NCBI RefSeq assembly: GCF_001194135.2
Contig: NC_068982.1
Location: forward strand, 49,585,990-49,649,989
Direction of reading: 5' to 3'
DNA: 64,000 nucleotides
Origin: Octopus bimaculoides
Taxonomy: Eukaryota
This document shows positions 52,607 through 64,000 of this stretch, piece after piece; the stretch's first letter is position 1, and each line of letters opens with the position of its first letter. The position numbers and the translations under genes are program-made. The notes beneath the pieces are model-generated. The model searched no databases. It was not told the DNA's origin and worked only from the letters and a program-made list of their open reading frames with translations.

Positions 52607-53056
52607 ATCCCTTACATTAAAGAGGTCCTCATATCTTCAAAATAAATGTTAATGAGGTTAGTATGATTTTTGAGATATTGTGCATTTCAGAACTGGCTGA
52701 CTGGCACAGTCTTGAACAGTTAGTAAAAGCTGTGAAGACATTTAGATACCATGTAATATTAAAATTCATCATGTAAGACTGAAGACATGATCACAAAACA
52801 ACAGTTTTTATAAAATATTCACATTATCTTTTCTCTTTTTAAATATTAAGAGAAATGTATTTCTAGTGCACTTTCATATTTCCTCAAACATCCACTGATT
52901 AAAGAAGCAGCAGAGTCACTGCCAGTAGAAAGAGCAATAGTGCAGAACTCAGAGTATAGACAGTTGAAACTTACCAAAATATACTCTATCTTTACATACT
53001 GAGCTCTGTCATAATTTGGTTCATATACACATATAAATATATATATACATAAATAC

Positions 53057-53087
<31 letters not shown>

Positions 53088-53497
53088 TGCATGTGTGTGT
53101 ATGTATGTATGTATATGAACACATGCATACATATATGCATACACTCAAGTCCTAAGTAAGACACACTATCAAATGAGGACACTGAAGGCACTCAGACACC
53201 ACTGAATTCCTGATCCAATCTAGCAGCTGATCCTGTCACTTGTCTGAAAATGATGACACAGCATACAAAGTGCTTACACTTATTTATTACATGCAGTGTT
53301 CACTAGAATCTGTAAATATACTGCAACACACAGAAGAGTATTAAAACACAATACTGTTAATGTAGTTGATGCCATAAGAATTGAGAAACCTCAGAACATG
53401 AAATAATTCGCTTTTAGAGTGATGGATCTCCTGGTAGACGAAAGTTCAAATTACAAATGGTAAATATTGGGCTAAAAAACCCTTTGGATAGGAAAGG

Positions 53498-53565
53498 TCA
53501 ATGGTTGTCAGTGGTAGAGTACCTGACATCTTTTCAGAAGATATGGGTTCATGTCTCACAAACAG
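53498..53565 (+). pseudogene. Degenerate tRNA-like/SINE-head sequence
   Basis: gtcagtggtagag (A-box-like) and gggttcatgtctc (degenerate B-box) at tRNA-like spacing. No convincing cloverleaf. Confidence 0.25.
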
Positions 53566-53882
53566 GTTTCAAATTTTTTCTAGCCAGAGAGTTTTTGTTA
53601 AGCACATCCACATGATGTAATTTGTAGCTTCATCTACTTCAAAGTCCATGGTTCCAAAAACAGATGTGTTAATGCACTATCAGATATAGTTGTATGGTTA
53701 AAACGTTCACTTTACAACAAGGTGGTTTCCACTTCAGTGCCAATGTGTAGCACTTTGGGGAAGTATCTTCTACAACAGGACCAAGTCAACTAATTCTTTG
53801 AGGGTGAATTTAGCACACGGAAACTGCAGATCAGTAAAGAACTATCATATATAAGCATGTGGGTGCATATGTGTGTGTGTAA

Positions 53883-53921
<39 letters not shown>

Positions 53922-54302
53922 NNNNNNNNNNNNNNNNNNNNNNNNNNNNNNNNNNNNNNNNNNNNNNNNNNNNNNNNNNNNNNNNNNNNNNNNNNNNNNN
54001 NNNNNNNNNNNNNNNNNNNNNNNNNNNNNNNNNNNNNNNNNNNNNNNNNNNNNNNNNNNNNNNNNNNNNNNNNNNNNNNNNNNNNNNNNNNNNNNNNNNN
54101 NNNNNNNNNNNNNNNNNNNNNNNNNNNNNNNNNNNNNNNNNNNNNNNNNNNNNNNNNNNNNNNNNNNNNNNNNNNNNNNNNNNNNNNNNNNNNNNNNNNN
54201 NNNNNNNNNNNNNNNNNNNNNNNNNNNNNNNNNNNNNNNNNNNNNNNNNNNNNNNNNNNNNNNNNNNNNNNNNNNNNNNNNNTATATATATATATATATA
54301 TA

Positions 54303-56840
54303 TATGCATACCTCACCCTAGATCATTAACTGGTTCCAGGAGACATGACTTAAGTCGAAAAATGACCTAAGTCAAATTAATTTGTCTCTAGGCTAGGCTA
54401 GGCCGAATTTACTTGTCTTTAGGCTAAACTGATAATAACCATTCCCAGTTCTGTACTTTATTTATGAATGTATTTGCAATAACACATGGTTAATAAAAAC
54501 CTATTGTAAGCTTACAAACAAATAATTTTTACTTTTTAATACAGTACCGTAAAAAAAAAAGTAATCTATGAATGTAGTTTGCAATAAGACAAAGTAAAAT
54601 AAAAGCTTTTATTAAACTTATAAAACAAAGTCAGTAATTATTATTTTGCAATACTAAAAAAAAAAAAATTATTTTAAATTTACCAATATGTACATACAAT
54701 CTGGTGGTTTATATCGCAGATTTAGGTGGCTGTGGACCTTCAATATCAATCAGCTGACTCTGGTTGTTCTTGTTGTTCGATGTGCTTAAAAAACCGGATG
54801 AGAGTTCGTTGAACTGTCTTCTTTTCCTCAAGGATTACATTAAAGAGCAAAAGCTTCATGACAAGACCCCATAATCATGGAAAAAAGTTGAGCATTTGGA
54901 TCCATATCCTTGATAATAAAAAAAACCTTTTTTGATATATGCAAATGCTTGCATTTTCTTAATGGTAAAGTGATGTGGTTCATGTTTGACTTCCTCTTCT
55001 TTATTTTGCTGCTCATGAAGCTCTATCAAATCCTCATTCATCAGGGGCTGTTTGTCTTTTTCAAATAAATCTGTGATACCCTCCTCCTCCAAATCCTTTT
55101 CCAGTTCTTTGCTCATAGTCACCAACGTTTTGTTGATGGCAACATTATCAAACCCATTACAATCATTCACGAATTGCGGGCATAGCTTCTTCCATACACC
55201 ATTCATAGCCGTATTCTGTACATTGTTCCAAGCTGCTGCTGTCTTCTGTACAGCCTAGTAGATATTGTATTTCTACTAAAAGTCACGAAGTGTGATGGAC
55301 TCATCAAGATCAGTTGCAGCTATTGCTTGCCACAGTGTATGCTTCATAAAGTAACACTTGAAGATAGCAATTATTCTCTATCTATTGGCTGCAGAAAAGA
55401 TGTGGTGTTCGGAGGGAGGTATACAACGGCAACGTTGGGGTCAAATTCTACAGTGTTTTGCGAGTGGCCTGCAGCATTATCTAAGATAAGTAAAACCTTA
55501 AAAGAATCCTCTTCTCCTTACAGTACTTCTCTGCTGCTGGGATAAAATGATTGAAGAACCAATCTTCAAAAATAACAACAACAACCCATGCTTTTGAATT
55601 AGCCATCCATATAACAGGGAGAGATGACTTGGGTATGTTCTTCAGCACATGGAGGCTGTGTGCATGATACCCATGCATTGGCTTTAACTTAAAATCTCCT
55701 GCACAATTACCTCCCAACATAATGGTCACACGTTCTTTTGAGACCTTGCAGCCTGGAATAGATTTCTCCTCCTTAGAAATGAACGAACGGTCTGGCAATT
55801 TTTTCCAATACAATTCAGTTTCATCTACATTAAAAATCTGTTCGGGAAGAACCCCGTTTTCTTCAATGATTTTTTTCTTTAATGCATTAGGAAATTCTGC
55901 TGCTGCTTGTTTGTCAGCTGATGCACTTTCACCTTGCTTCTTAATGGAGTGATAACTTCTTCGCTCCTAAATCTCATGAACCATCTTTGACTTGCCTTGA
56001 ACTCTACATCTTTCTCAACTGGATATTTTTTCTTCAGGTCCTCAAACAAAGACAACACTTTCTAGCGCACTGACAATTCAACCTAACAATCCAAACAGAA
56101 AGAAGACTTTTTATTTCTTCAAAGATTTTGCCTCTTTTTTTATTGATGACCGTGTTCTTCATCCCTGGGGCTTCAGATTTGATATGTGCTAAAATCTTGT
56201 CCTTATTATGTACAATTGTCGATACAGTTGTCTGACTCATCCCAAAAGATCGTGCAATTGCGACCACTTTTTCATCTTTTTCATGGCGTTTTAGCATAGT
56301 CAGTTTATCTTCCAGCGTTATAGCATGACACTTAGCACTTTCACTATGAATTTTCTTATGAGCCATGGGGGCAAAAAATAAAGTCACAAATGAATGAGAA
56401 TGAGAAAGTAGCTGATAAACAGACATATACAAATCAAAATTCAAAACAATCACGGGAGTCACGAGTGACAACGAGGCCTAATGGTAGATATTCGAACTCC
56501 AGTGCAATATGAGCTCCAAAAGACAGATAAAATAAGACAACACAGCTGATGTCATGATTTCATTCACTAAGCTACACTACTTTATGGTGTATATCTTAAC
56601 ATTTACAAAACGTATTTTAATATGATTTTATATGCTTTCATTCTTATTTATTGTACAGTAACATGATTTTATGAGCTTTTAATGGTTTTCTAGTGATTTT
56701 AGAATTCCAATATTTGTGGCGGACAGATGTAAAATCGAGTAAATTGACTTGACTTTAATTTTTCCATATATTACTTTTAAGAACCGACATATAATTGAGA
56801 ACAACTTAAATTGAAATAGACTTAAGTCGCGGTATGCCTG
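54303..56840 (-). mobile_element. Near full-length Tigger/pogo transposon, frameshifted
   Basis: TA-flanked terminus caggcataccgcgacttaagtc at 56840 and a degenerate gcatacc/gacttaagtcg terminus near 54305-54360. CENP-B-type HTH (ITLEDKLTMLKRHEKDEKVVAIARSFGMSQTTVSTI), DDE_1 motifs IFNVDET.LYWKKLPDRSFISKEEK, KERVTIMLGGNCAGDFKLKP, LPPNTTSFLQPID. Confidence 0.9.
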
Positions 56841-56987
56841 TATATATATAGAGGTACAGGAGTGGCTGTGTGATAAGAAGTTTGCTTCCCAACCACATGG
56901 TTCTGGGTTCAGTCCCATTGCGTGGCACCTTGGGCAAGTGTTTTCTACTATAGCCTTGTGAGTGGATATATAGGTACAGGATGTCAC

Positions 56988-57240
56988 TAATGTTGCAAAT
57001 AACATGAAATACATAAACAAACGAGTTAAATATGTACAATGAGAAAAAAATGAAAAACAGAACAAGTAAACACAGAGAAAGAACCCTTCATCAATTGTCG
57101 ATTGTCTATCACCTCCTCGTTTCGAGCTTTCAACAACAATATGAGTCTTCAAAGACAGTTGCTCCCATGAATTCTAAAATAAAATTTAGGATTTATGGAG
57201 GGTCAAAGTTGGGAACAAAAACATGTTAGTGGAGACATAC
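56988..57240 (-). repeat. Interspersed repeat with antisense ttcatca...gtttcg (hammerhead-like core pieces); possible Penelope-type terminal repeat
   Basis: Minus strand reads gctcGAAACg...ttGATGAaggg at 57127-57084. Confidence 0.3.
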
Positions 57241-57548
57241 AAGGAAATCAAACAGAAACACAGAAACAAACATGGAGAGCCATTCATTTGGCGCATTCAA
57301 TGTACAGAAGATGCCAGCAGTAATCAACACTAACAATGATCACGTGAGATATTGAGTTCATCTCTTAGGACACTGCTTCATCACGTGACACTGTGTGACA
57401 TCAAACATGTTTCAGGAAATGACGTTTTATCATTAGGACAGAACAGTTTCTTAATTAGCATTCATCAGTCAATGCTATGGCAGTCTGTTAATAAACAGGC
57501 TTCTATTTAGTATGTGTGCAATGTTTCTTTTGAGGTTCAGTTTATATA

Positions 57549-57596
<48 letters not shown>

Positions 57597-58419
57597 NNNN
57601 NNNNNNNNNNNNNNNNNNNNNNNNNNNNNNNNNNNNNNNNNNNNNNNNNNNNNNNNNNNNNNNNNNNNNNNNNNNNNNNNNNNNNNNNNNNNNNNNNNNN
57701 NNNNNNNNNNNNNNNNNNNNNNNNNNNNNNNNNNNNNNNNNNNNNNNNNNNNNNNNNNNNNNNNNNNNNNNNNNNNNNNNNNNNNNNNNNNNNNNNNNNN
57801 NNNNNNNNNNNNNNNNNNNNNNNNNNNNNNNNNNNNNNNNNNNNNNNNNNTATATATATATGTATGTATATATATATATATATTTGGGTAATCAAATAAT
57901 AAAAAAAAAAGTACCAAACACATCTAGAATATATTAATTCTTTCAAATCCAATGATTTAGGTAAAGTTCACAGTTTATACATGCAGGCACAAGAACATGT
58001 GCATACACACACACAAACCTTCCTCTTTCTGACATTACACAGGACTATGTATGTGCAGACTTTACTCATAAGGTTAAGATCAGTTTCTGACCATATGGTT
58101 CTGGACCTGATCTTTCTAGACAGCAGCTTGAGTCGCTATCTTGACACTATGACATCACCAAAACCTTGTGGACAAGCTTTAGTTACTACAAAACCTCATT
58201 ATGTTTGCGTATATAAATGTATGGTTGCATGTGTGCATGTGTGTTAGCACACAATGATGATAAATGGTTGCATCGAACAAAAAATACCCTGTGGTATTTA
58301 GTGAACCAAATTAAGTTCTTCTGCACTAAGGTGGATGCTACCATTAAATCGATAAAGTGATTACCAGACAAACTGTGATCAATATAATTGACTAAATCCT
58401 TGAAAGCAGTGAAAGAATA

Positions 58420-58835
58420 AATGAACACACACACAAACACACACATATATATACATACATACATACACAAACATGCATATTCACACAAATAAATATATAT
58501 ATATATTAACACACGTGTTAATACACTCACGTATACACATAAGTAAGTATATACACGGATATACATATACACATACACATACACACACATATACAAGTAT
58601 GTATGCATATACACATATAAACATACGCCCGCGTGTAAGTATACACATTCACATAAATGTGCAGATGAATATGTAGACATATATATATATATGTACATAT
58701 ACATGCATGCACACACACATAGACATATATGTATATACAAACACATAGACACATACATGCACACGTATATATATGTATATATACATACATATATATATGC
58801 ACACAAATACAGATATATATATATATATATATAGG
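58420..58835. repeat. Compound (CA/TA/TACA) low-complexity tract
   Basis: Mixed dinucleotide and tetranucleotide repeats, responsible for the spurious YI/CV-rich ORFs. Confidence 0.9.
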
Positions 58836-59149
58836 GATCTAGATTACAAGATCATATGTCAAATACAAGTTATTCAAATATGGTTCCTCAAATTCATGTG
58901 CATTAAGAGTTGTGGACACGATGTATATATCAAGTTATGTACAGTCTGGATTGTAATATGTGAAAGTGTTTAGCTGCATGTAGGCATCTGGGTAATTGTT
59001 CAGTGAATTTATTAATAAAGGCTTTGGCTGGCCCAGGGGCTATAGTAGAAAACACTTGCCCAAAAATACAGTACTGTGGGACTGAAACTAAAATCATGTG
59101 GTTGGGAAGCAAACTTCTTCCCACACTACCATGCCTGCACCTGTTGTTT

Positions 59150-60300
59150 TATTTCTAGGATTGCACTATCTACTAACATGCTTCACTGTTGGTGCAAAGT
59201 ATCCAAAATTTGGGCCTTTCCATCCTGTAATCTAGTGTATATAGACTTTAAGACTTCCAGTCTATATTCTTTTTGCAAACTTCCTTCATTCTTTAGACCA
59301 AACCTGCAATTCTGCAACACTGTGCTTATCTCATTATTTCCACATCTGCCAAGTGAGTTAGATATTGGATTTAAGTCTCATACAGATAGCTTCAAAATAT
59401 GATGAAAAAACTCTTTAGCTCTGCATGATGTCATCAGTTAACATGACACACATATAAATTATGATTATGTTGGAGTAGAATTCCTTTAGTTTCCACCATG
59501 GTTCTTTACATAGCTTCTGCCATGGATCTTTAAACATAGTTCCATGCCAAATTGAACTATTCTTTCCAGAGATATCAGTAGATTTGTGTATTTTTGTAAA
59601 CCATTAACTCAAAGTTTCTTCTCGAATCTATTTCCATGAAAACTTGATTGGGGTCCTAGTAATTCCAATATTCTGTCAATGGCTTCTCTTTGAACTTTAA
59701 TTCTGATTCAGGGTGAAAGAGAGATTAATTTTCTTTGTACAACTCATCAGCGAACGACGCAGTCCATAACTCAAGATGGATAACTAACTGACATCTATCG
59801 CCAGAACTGGATAACAATCCATGAGGAGGTGAAAACACATAATTTGAATCAGAAACACTTTGTAATCAGTTACATTTTATATCATGTTCCTCACACACAC
59901 TGTTCTAATACAGATAAAGGAGACAAACAGTTCAGTATTGCAATCACTAGCTGCATCAATTTGTCAAATGATATCAATACAGTTATACACCAAAATCCAA
60001 GATATATAATGGGCTGATTCTTTCACTCTCTGATTTGATGTTGCCATGGCCTATGTTATTTCCTTGAATGGAAAATTTTCTATTCGATCACTCCCACCTT
60101 GGAAAGTTATCTTGATGGATTAAATTGGCACTAATCTCCTTTTGAAATCAATTTCGGAAAATCAATTTACTTGCTACCAATCATTAACTTTTCCATTTCC
60201 CATGATATATGTGGAATATTTCTATCATTTAACAAAAACATCACTGCTTGCTATACTGTATCACATCAAGTTAAAATCCCTTTCGACTTCTTTTTTGGTT
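59150..60300 (-). mobile_element. Highly decayed LINE ORF2-like remnant (APE/linker region)
   Basis: Only weak motifs: PPHGLLSSSGD (PLGSSDH-like) and KEPWWK. Many stops. Confidence 0.25.
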
Positions 60301-60623
60301 TTTTTTTTTTATCAAGCTTTCAGATTTCAAATATATGAAATTTTTATTACTTCTTAAAGTGATATCTCTTCTAACTCAAAATTCGTCTTTCACATGTTTT
60401 CTTCACCAGTTTCTGTAAGTACATGCGTGTGAATGTGGATGTATACACTCACACACAAAGGAAATATGCATAGGAATATATATCATCATCATTTAGTAGC
60501 TGTTGTCTATATTGGCATGGGTGTGTGCCCAATTACTCATACGCAAGTGCTGGTTATTGCGTGGCAATCTCGCAATTGAGTGTTATATATGGGTGGGTGT
60601 AAAAAGTAGCTTATCTTTAATTC

Positions 60624-61016
60624 ATATGGCAAATAAGAAAATGGAGAGGATACAAAAATGACATACATCAGCCGGTAGACATTCTAGTATGTCTATTTAT
60701 TCCAAAGTATTAGAAAGTATTAGAAGAATACATACATATGTAATAACTATGTGTTACACACACATGTACTAATATTACAGAAAAGAGCAAAATATCAGAT
60801 TGTCAGAAGGTACTAAGTTCCTAACAGCCATAAGGAACTTAGTACCTGCTGACAATCTGATCTTTTGCTCTTTTCTGTAATATTAGTACATGTGTGTGTA
60901 ACACATAATTATTACATATGTATGTATTTTTCTAATACTTTGGAATAAATAGACATACTAAAATGTCTACCGGCTGATGTATGTCATTTTTGTATCCTCT
61001 AATTTTCTTATTTGCC

Positions 61017-61020
<4 letters not shown>
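60624..61020. repeat. About 400-bp near-perfect palindrome (foldback element)
   Basis: Arm 60624-60822 is the reverse complement of 60833-61020, with a 10-nt loop aacagccata, about 7 substitutions, a 1-nt indel and a 10-nt duplication in the left arm. Confidence 0.95.
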
Positions 61021-61055
<35 letters not shown>

Positions 61056-61191
61056 AAATATCTATAAAACCATCAAATGCTTGTTTATTTTTATGCTTTT
61101 TGATTTATTATTAGTGTTGCTTAATATGTTTTGCAAATATTGCTGTTTCTTTTCAGATGTCATAAGAAAAAGGTAATTACAATTCATTAAA

Positions 61192-61820
61192 ATGACAGAT
61201 CTATCAGACTTTCAAAGAGGTCAGATTGTTGGTGCTTGTATGGCAGGCACTAGCATAATGAAAACAGCTGAAACGTTTGGTGTATCAAGAAGGACCATCT
61301 TGAAAGTAATGACAGCCTTTGAGAAAGAGAGTAAAACCTCCTTGCTGAAAAAAAACTTTGGAAGAAAACCAAGACTTTCAGGTAGGGACTGTTGGACTCT
61401 TATGCAAATTGTTAGAAAGGATTACAAAAGTACAGCTCCCAAAATTACTGCAGAGTTTAATGACCACCTCGAGAATCCAGTTTCCACAAAAACTGTTCAC
61501 CAGGAGCTGCAAAAAGCTGGATTTCATGGGAGGGCTGCAATCAGAAAACCACTACTTTAAAAAACAAATGTTGCAAAACGTTTAGAGTGGAGTAAAAAAA
61601 CCTACAGAACTGGTCCCTAGAGCATTGGAAGAATGTTATTTTCTCAGATGAGTCATCCTTTACCTTATTTTCAACCACCAGCCAAGTATATGTGTGGAGA
61701 CAGCCAAAAGAAGCATTTGACCCAGACTGCTTTCTTCCAACTGTTAAAAATGGAGGAGGATCAGTGATGATCGGGGAGGGGGGGCTATATCTTGGAAATC
61801 TGCTGGTCCAGATTTCTCTA
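61192..61820 (+). mobile_element. Tc1-like (DD34E) transposase, 3'-truncated pseudogene
   Basis: MTDLSDFQRGQIVGA...GRKPRLSGRD...GRAAIRKPLL, then stop/frameshift, then WKNVIFSDESSFTLF...VYVWRQPKEAFDPDCFLPTVKNGGGSVM. Second D and E absent. Confidence 0.88.
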
Positions 61821-62189
61821 TGATTCTTCACTTGATTGTTTTTGGTGAGCAGCTGGCCTTCAAACTCCACAAGTGGCTAGCAAACTTAGTGGATTTATTT
61901 TTGTCTATATATNNNNNNNNNNNNNNNNNNNNNNNNNNNNNNNNNNNNNNNNNNNNNNNNNNNNNNNNNNNNNNNNNNNNNNNNNNNNNNNNNNNNNNNN
62001 NNNNNNNNNNNNNNNNNNNNNNNNNNNNNNNNNNNNNNNNNNNNNNNNNNNNNNNNNNNNNNNNNNNNNNNNNNNNNNNNNNNNNNNNNNNNNNNNNNNN
62101 NNNNNNNNNNNNNNNNNNNNNNNNNNNNNNNNNNNNNNNNNNNNNNNNNNNNNNNNNNNNNNNNNNNNNNNNNNNNNNNNNNNNNNNNN

Positions 62190-62248
<59 letters not shown>

Positions 62249-62502
62249 GTATATATATGTATATATATATATGTGTGTATATATATGTATATATATGTAT
62301 ATATATATACATACATACATACATACATACATACATACGTACATACACATGCACAAACACACACACTCACAAATGCAAAAGTATGCTGTTATCATGACTA
62401 GAATGATATTAAATATTAATCTTATATATCAAGAATGGACTGGGGTTAAACAACAACAAAAATAACAACTGTAAAAACAACACCAATGGAAAAGATACTT
62501 AC

Positions 62503-62613
62503 GGCTTTCATCAAGTGGTATCTTGTAGAATTCAGCATCATATAATTCAATTCCATTTAATCCTACATAGTAAGGATCTCCCCATGTACTGAACAACTGC
62601 AGCTGATAAATAA
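62503..62613 (-). CDS. KATNIP: KATNIP (KIAA0556) internal coding exon, 111 nt, phase 1/1
   Basis: Minus strand: atcatgttcag| exon |gtaagt. Translates (F)IYQLQLFSTWGDPYYVGLNGIELYDAEFYKIPLDES(H), matching the recalled KATNIP repeat motif FQLLTSWGDPYYIGLTGLELYD. The last nt C plus AC of the next exon gives CAC (His) in frame. Confidence 0.93.
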
Positions 62614-62934
62614 CTGAACATGATTTAAGGAATTATTATTTACAATACATAGCAATGTGTTTCATAAGGCCTAAGAATATATCTAAAATGATTATTTATT
62701 AAATTTTATCGTTTACTTGTTTCAGTTATTGAACGGCAGCCCTTTTGTGGCCCCACTTTGAAAGTTTTAGTCAAAATAAATCGACCCTAGTACATGTTTT
62801 TAAGCCCGGTACTTATTCTATCAGTCTCTTTGGCTAAACTGCTAATTATGGGGACATAAGCAACCCAACACAGGTTGTCAATCTATAGCAGGTGACAAAC
62901 AGAAATATAATGACACACACATAGTTATAGGTCG

Positions 62935-62970
<36 letters not shown>

Positions 62971-64000
62971 CCATCAAAAAATGTCTGTTTTCCATGTTGG
63001 CATGGGTTGGATGGTTTGACCAGAGCTGGCAAGCAGAAGAGCAGCACCAAGTTCCAGTCGGATTTGGTTTGGTTTCAATGGCTGGATGCCCTTTCTAACA
63101 CCAACCAAACACACACACACACATATATATATATATAATAGGCTTTTTTAAGTTTCCATCTAGCTAAACCACTCACAAGGCTTTGATTAGCTGGGAGCTA
63201 TAGCAGAAAACACATGCTCAAGGTGCAGAGCAGTGGAACTGAACTCAAGACCATATAGTTGGGAATCAAGTTTCTCAACCGCACAGCTACATCAAATGGA
63301 GTTTGTTCTTATATTTAATGTCTGATATTTTTCCATGCTAGCATTTTTTGGATGTGGAGTTATTTGAGGCAGGATTTTTCAAGTAGATGCTCTTCCTGTC
63401 ATCAACTCTTATCTTTTACTTGCTTGAGTCATTAGACTGTAGCCACGTGGAGGCACCACCTTGTAGAATTTTAGCCAAATGAATCAACTCCAGTATTTAT
63501 CTCTTTCTTTCTTTTTTAAGCCTGGTACTCATTCTATCAGTCTCTTTTGCCAAACCACTAAGTTACAGAAATGTAAACAAACCAACAGCAGTTGTCAACT
63601 TTGCCTTTCATCCTTTTGGAGTCGATAAAATAAGTACCAGTGAAGTCAGCCTCTCCCGCCAAAATTACTGTCCTTGTGCCAAAATTTGAAACTCATATTA
63701 ACAGTGCCTCATGTTGTTAGTCTTACAAATTTAGCTCGAAATGAAACACTTTGGAAAGTATTCAGCTAGAATCTTTAAACTTTTATCTTTTACTTGTTAC
63801 AGTCACAGAATTGCCGCCAAGTTAGAGCACCATTTTGAAGGGTTTAATTGAATAAATCAACCCCAGTACCATTCTTTTTTTTTTTTTAAGTCAGATACTT
63901 ATTCTATCAACCTCATTTGCTGAACTGCTATATTAGTAGGATGTAAGCAAACTAAAACCAGTTGCCAACCAGCTGAGGGCAGTAGCCACACACAAAAACA

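Larger units (their letters stand above)
6603..62189. other. Nine assembly gaps: 6603-6728, 12953-13052, 16528-17332, 17863-18197, 38208-38693, 45628-45815, 53922-54282, 57597-57850, 61913-62189
   Basis: Runs of N, most directly flanked by (TA)n. Confidence 0.98.
5510..62613 (-). other. KATNIP: Span of partial KATNIP gene model; introns 62502-28782 (33,721 bp), 28638-15204 (13,435 bp), 15101-5671 (9,431 bp)
   Basis: The four exons join with compatible phases and no stops, in the same order as the recalled vertebrate protein. All introns are GT-AG. Confidence 0.9.

Noticed and set aside
53498-53565. Functional tRNA gene
   Set aside because: The B-box and acceptor stem are degenerate; kept only as a low-confidence pseudogene/SINE head.
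56380-56414. Potential KATNIP-Tigger transposase fusion through the acceptor gtctgtttatcag at 56412-56414
   Set aside because: The upstream KATNIP donor is phase 1 but this acceptor enters the transposase frame in phase 0. The fused frame stops within about 18 codons.
16400-62465. Long ORFs of 120-330 aa spanning N-runs and (TA)n/(CA)n tracts
   Set aside because: They consist of X and YI/CV/HT repeats and are artefacts of gaps and microsatellites.

Overview
AT-rich, repeat-dense eukaryotic DNA. The SINE families, RTE tails and (TA)n/(CA)n/(GAT)n microsatellites next to nine N-gaps point to an octopus (coleoid cephalopod) draft assembly; this is inference. The only host gene found is on the minus strand. 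Four short GT-AG exons (62613-62503, 28781-28639, 15203-15102, 5670-5510) splice in frame into the C-terminal region of katanin-interacting protein (KATNIP/KIAA0556). They are separated by introns of 33.7, 13.4 and 9.4 kb; upstream exons and the terminal exon were not found. None of these exons appears as its own entry in the supplied ORF track except 28519-28779; most other listed ORFs are microsatellite, gap or SINE artefacts. The introns hold decayed mobile DNA: maT/DD37D-like, mariner, Tc1 and Tigger/pogo transposons; hAT-, piggyBac- and Tc2-type MITEs; three tRNA-derived SINE families; RTE and CR1-like LINE ends; and a Penelope-like RT fragment. The most unusual signals are several foldback elements, some carrying hammerhead-ribozyme core motifs, and one CpG-rich 55-nt segment with hammerhead core pieces in a non-canonical order. 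Inverted SINE pairs could also give long dsRNA in the KATNIP pre-mRNA. No CRISPR array, rRNA or intact tRNA is supported. Homology calls come from recalled motifs, not from searches, and repeat boundaries are approximate unless TIRs or TSDs are quoted.
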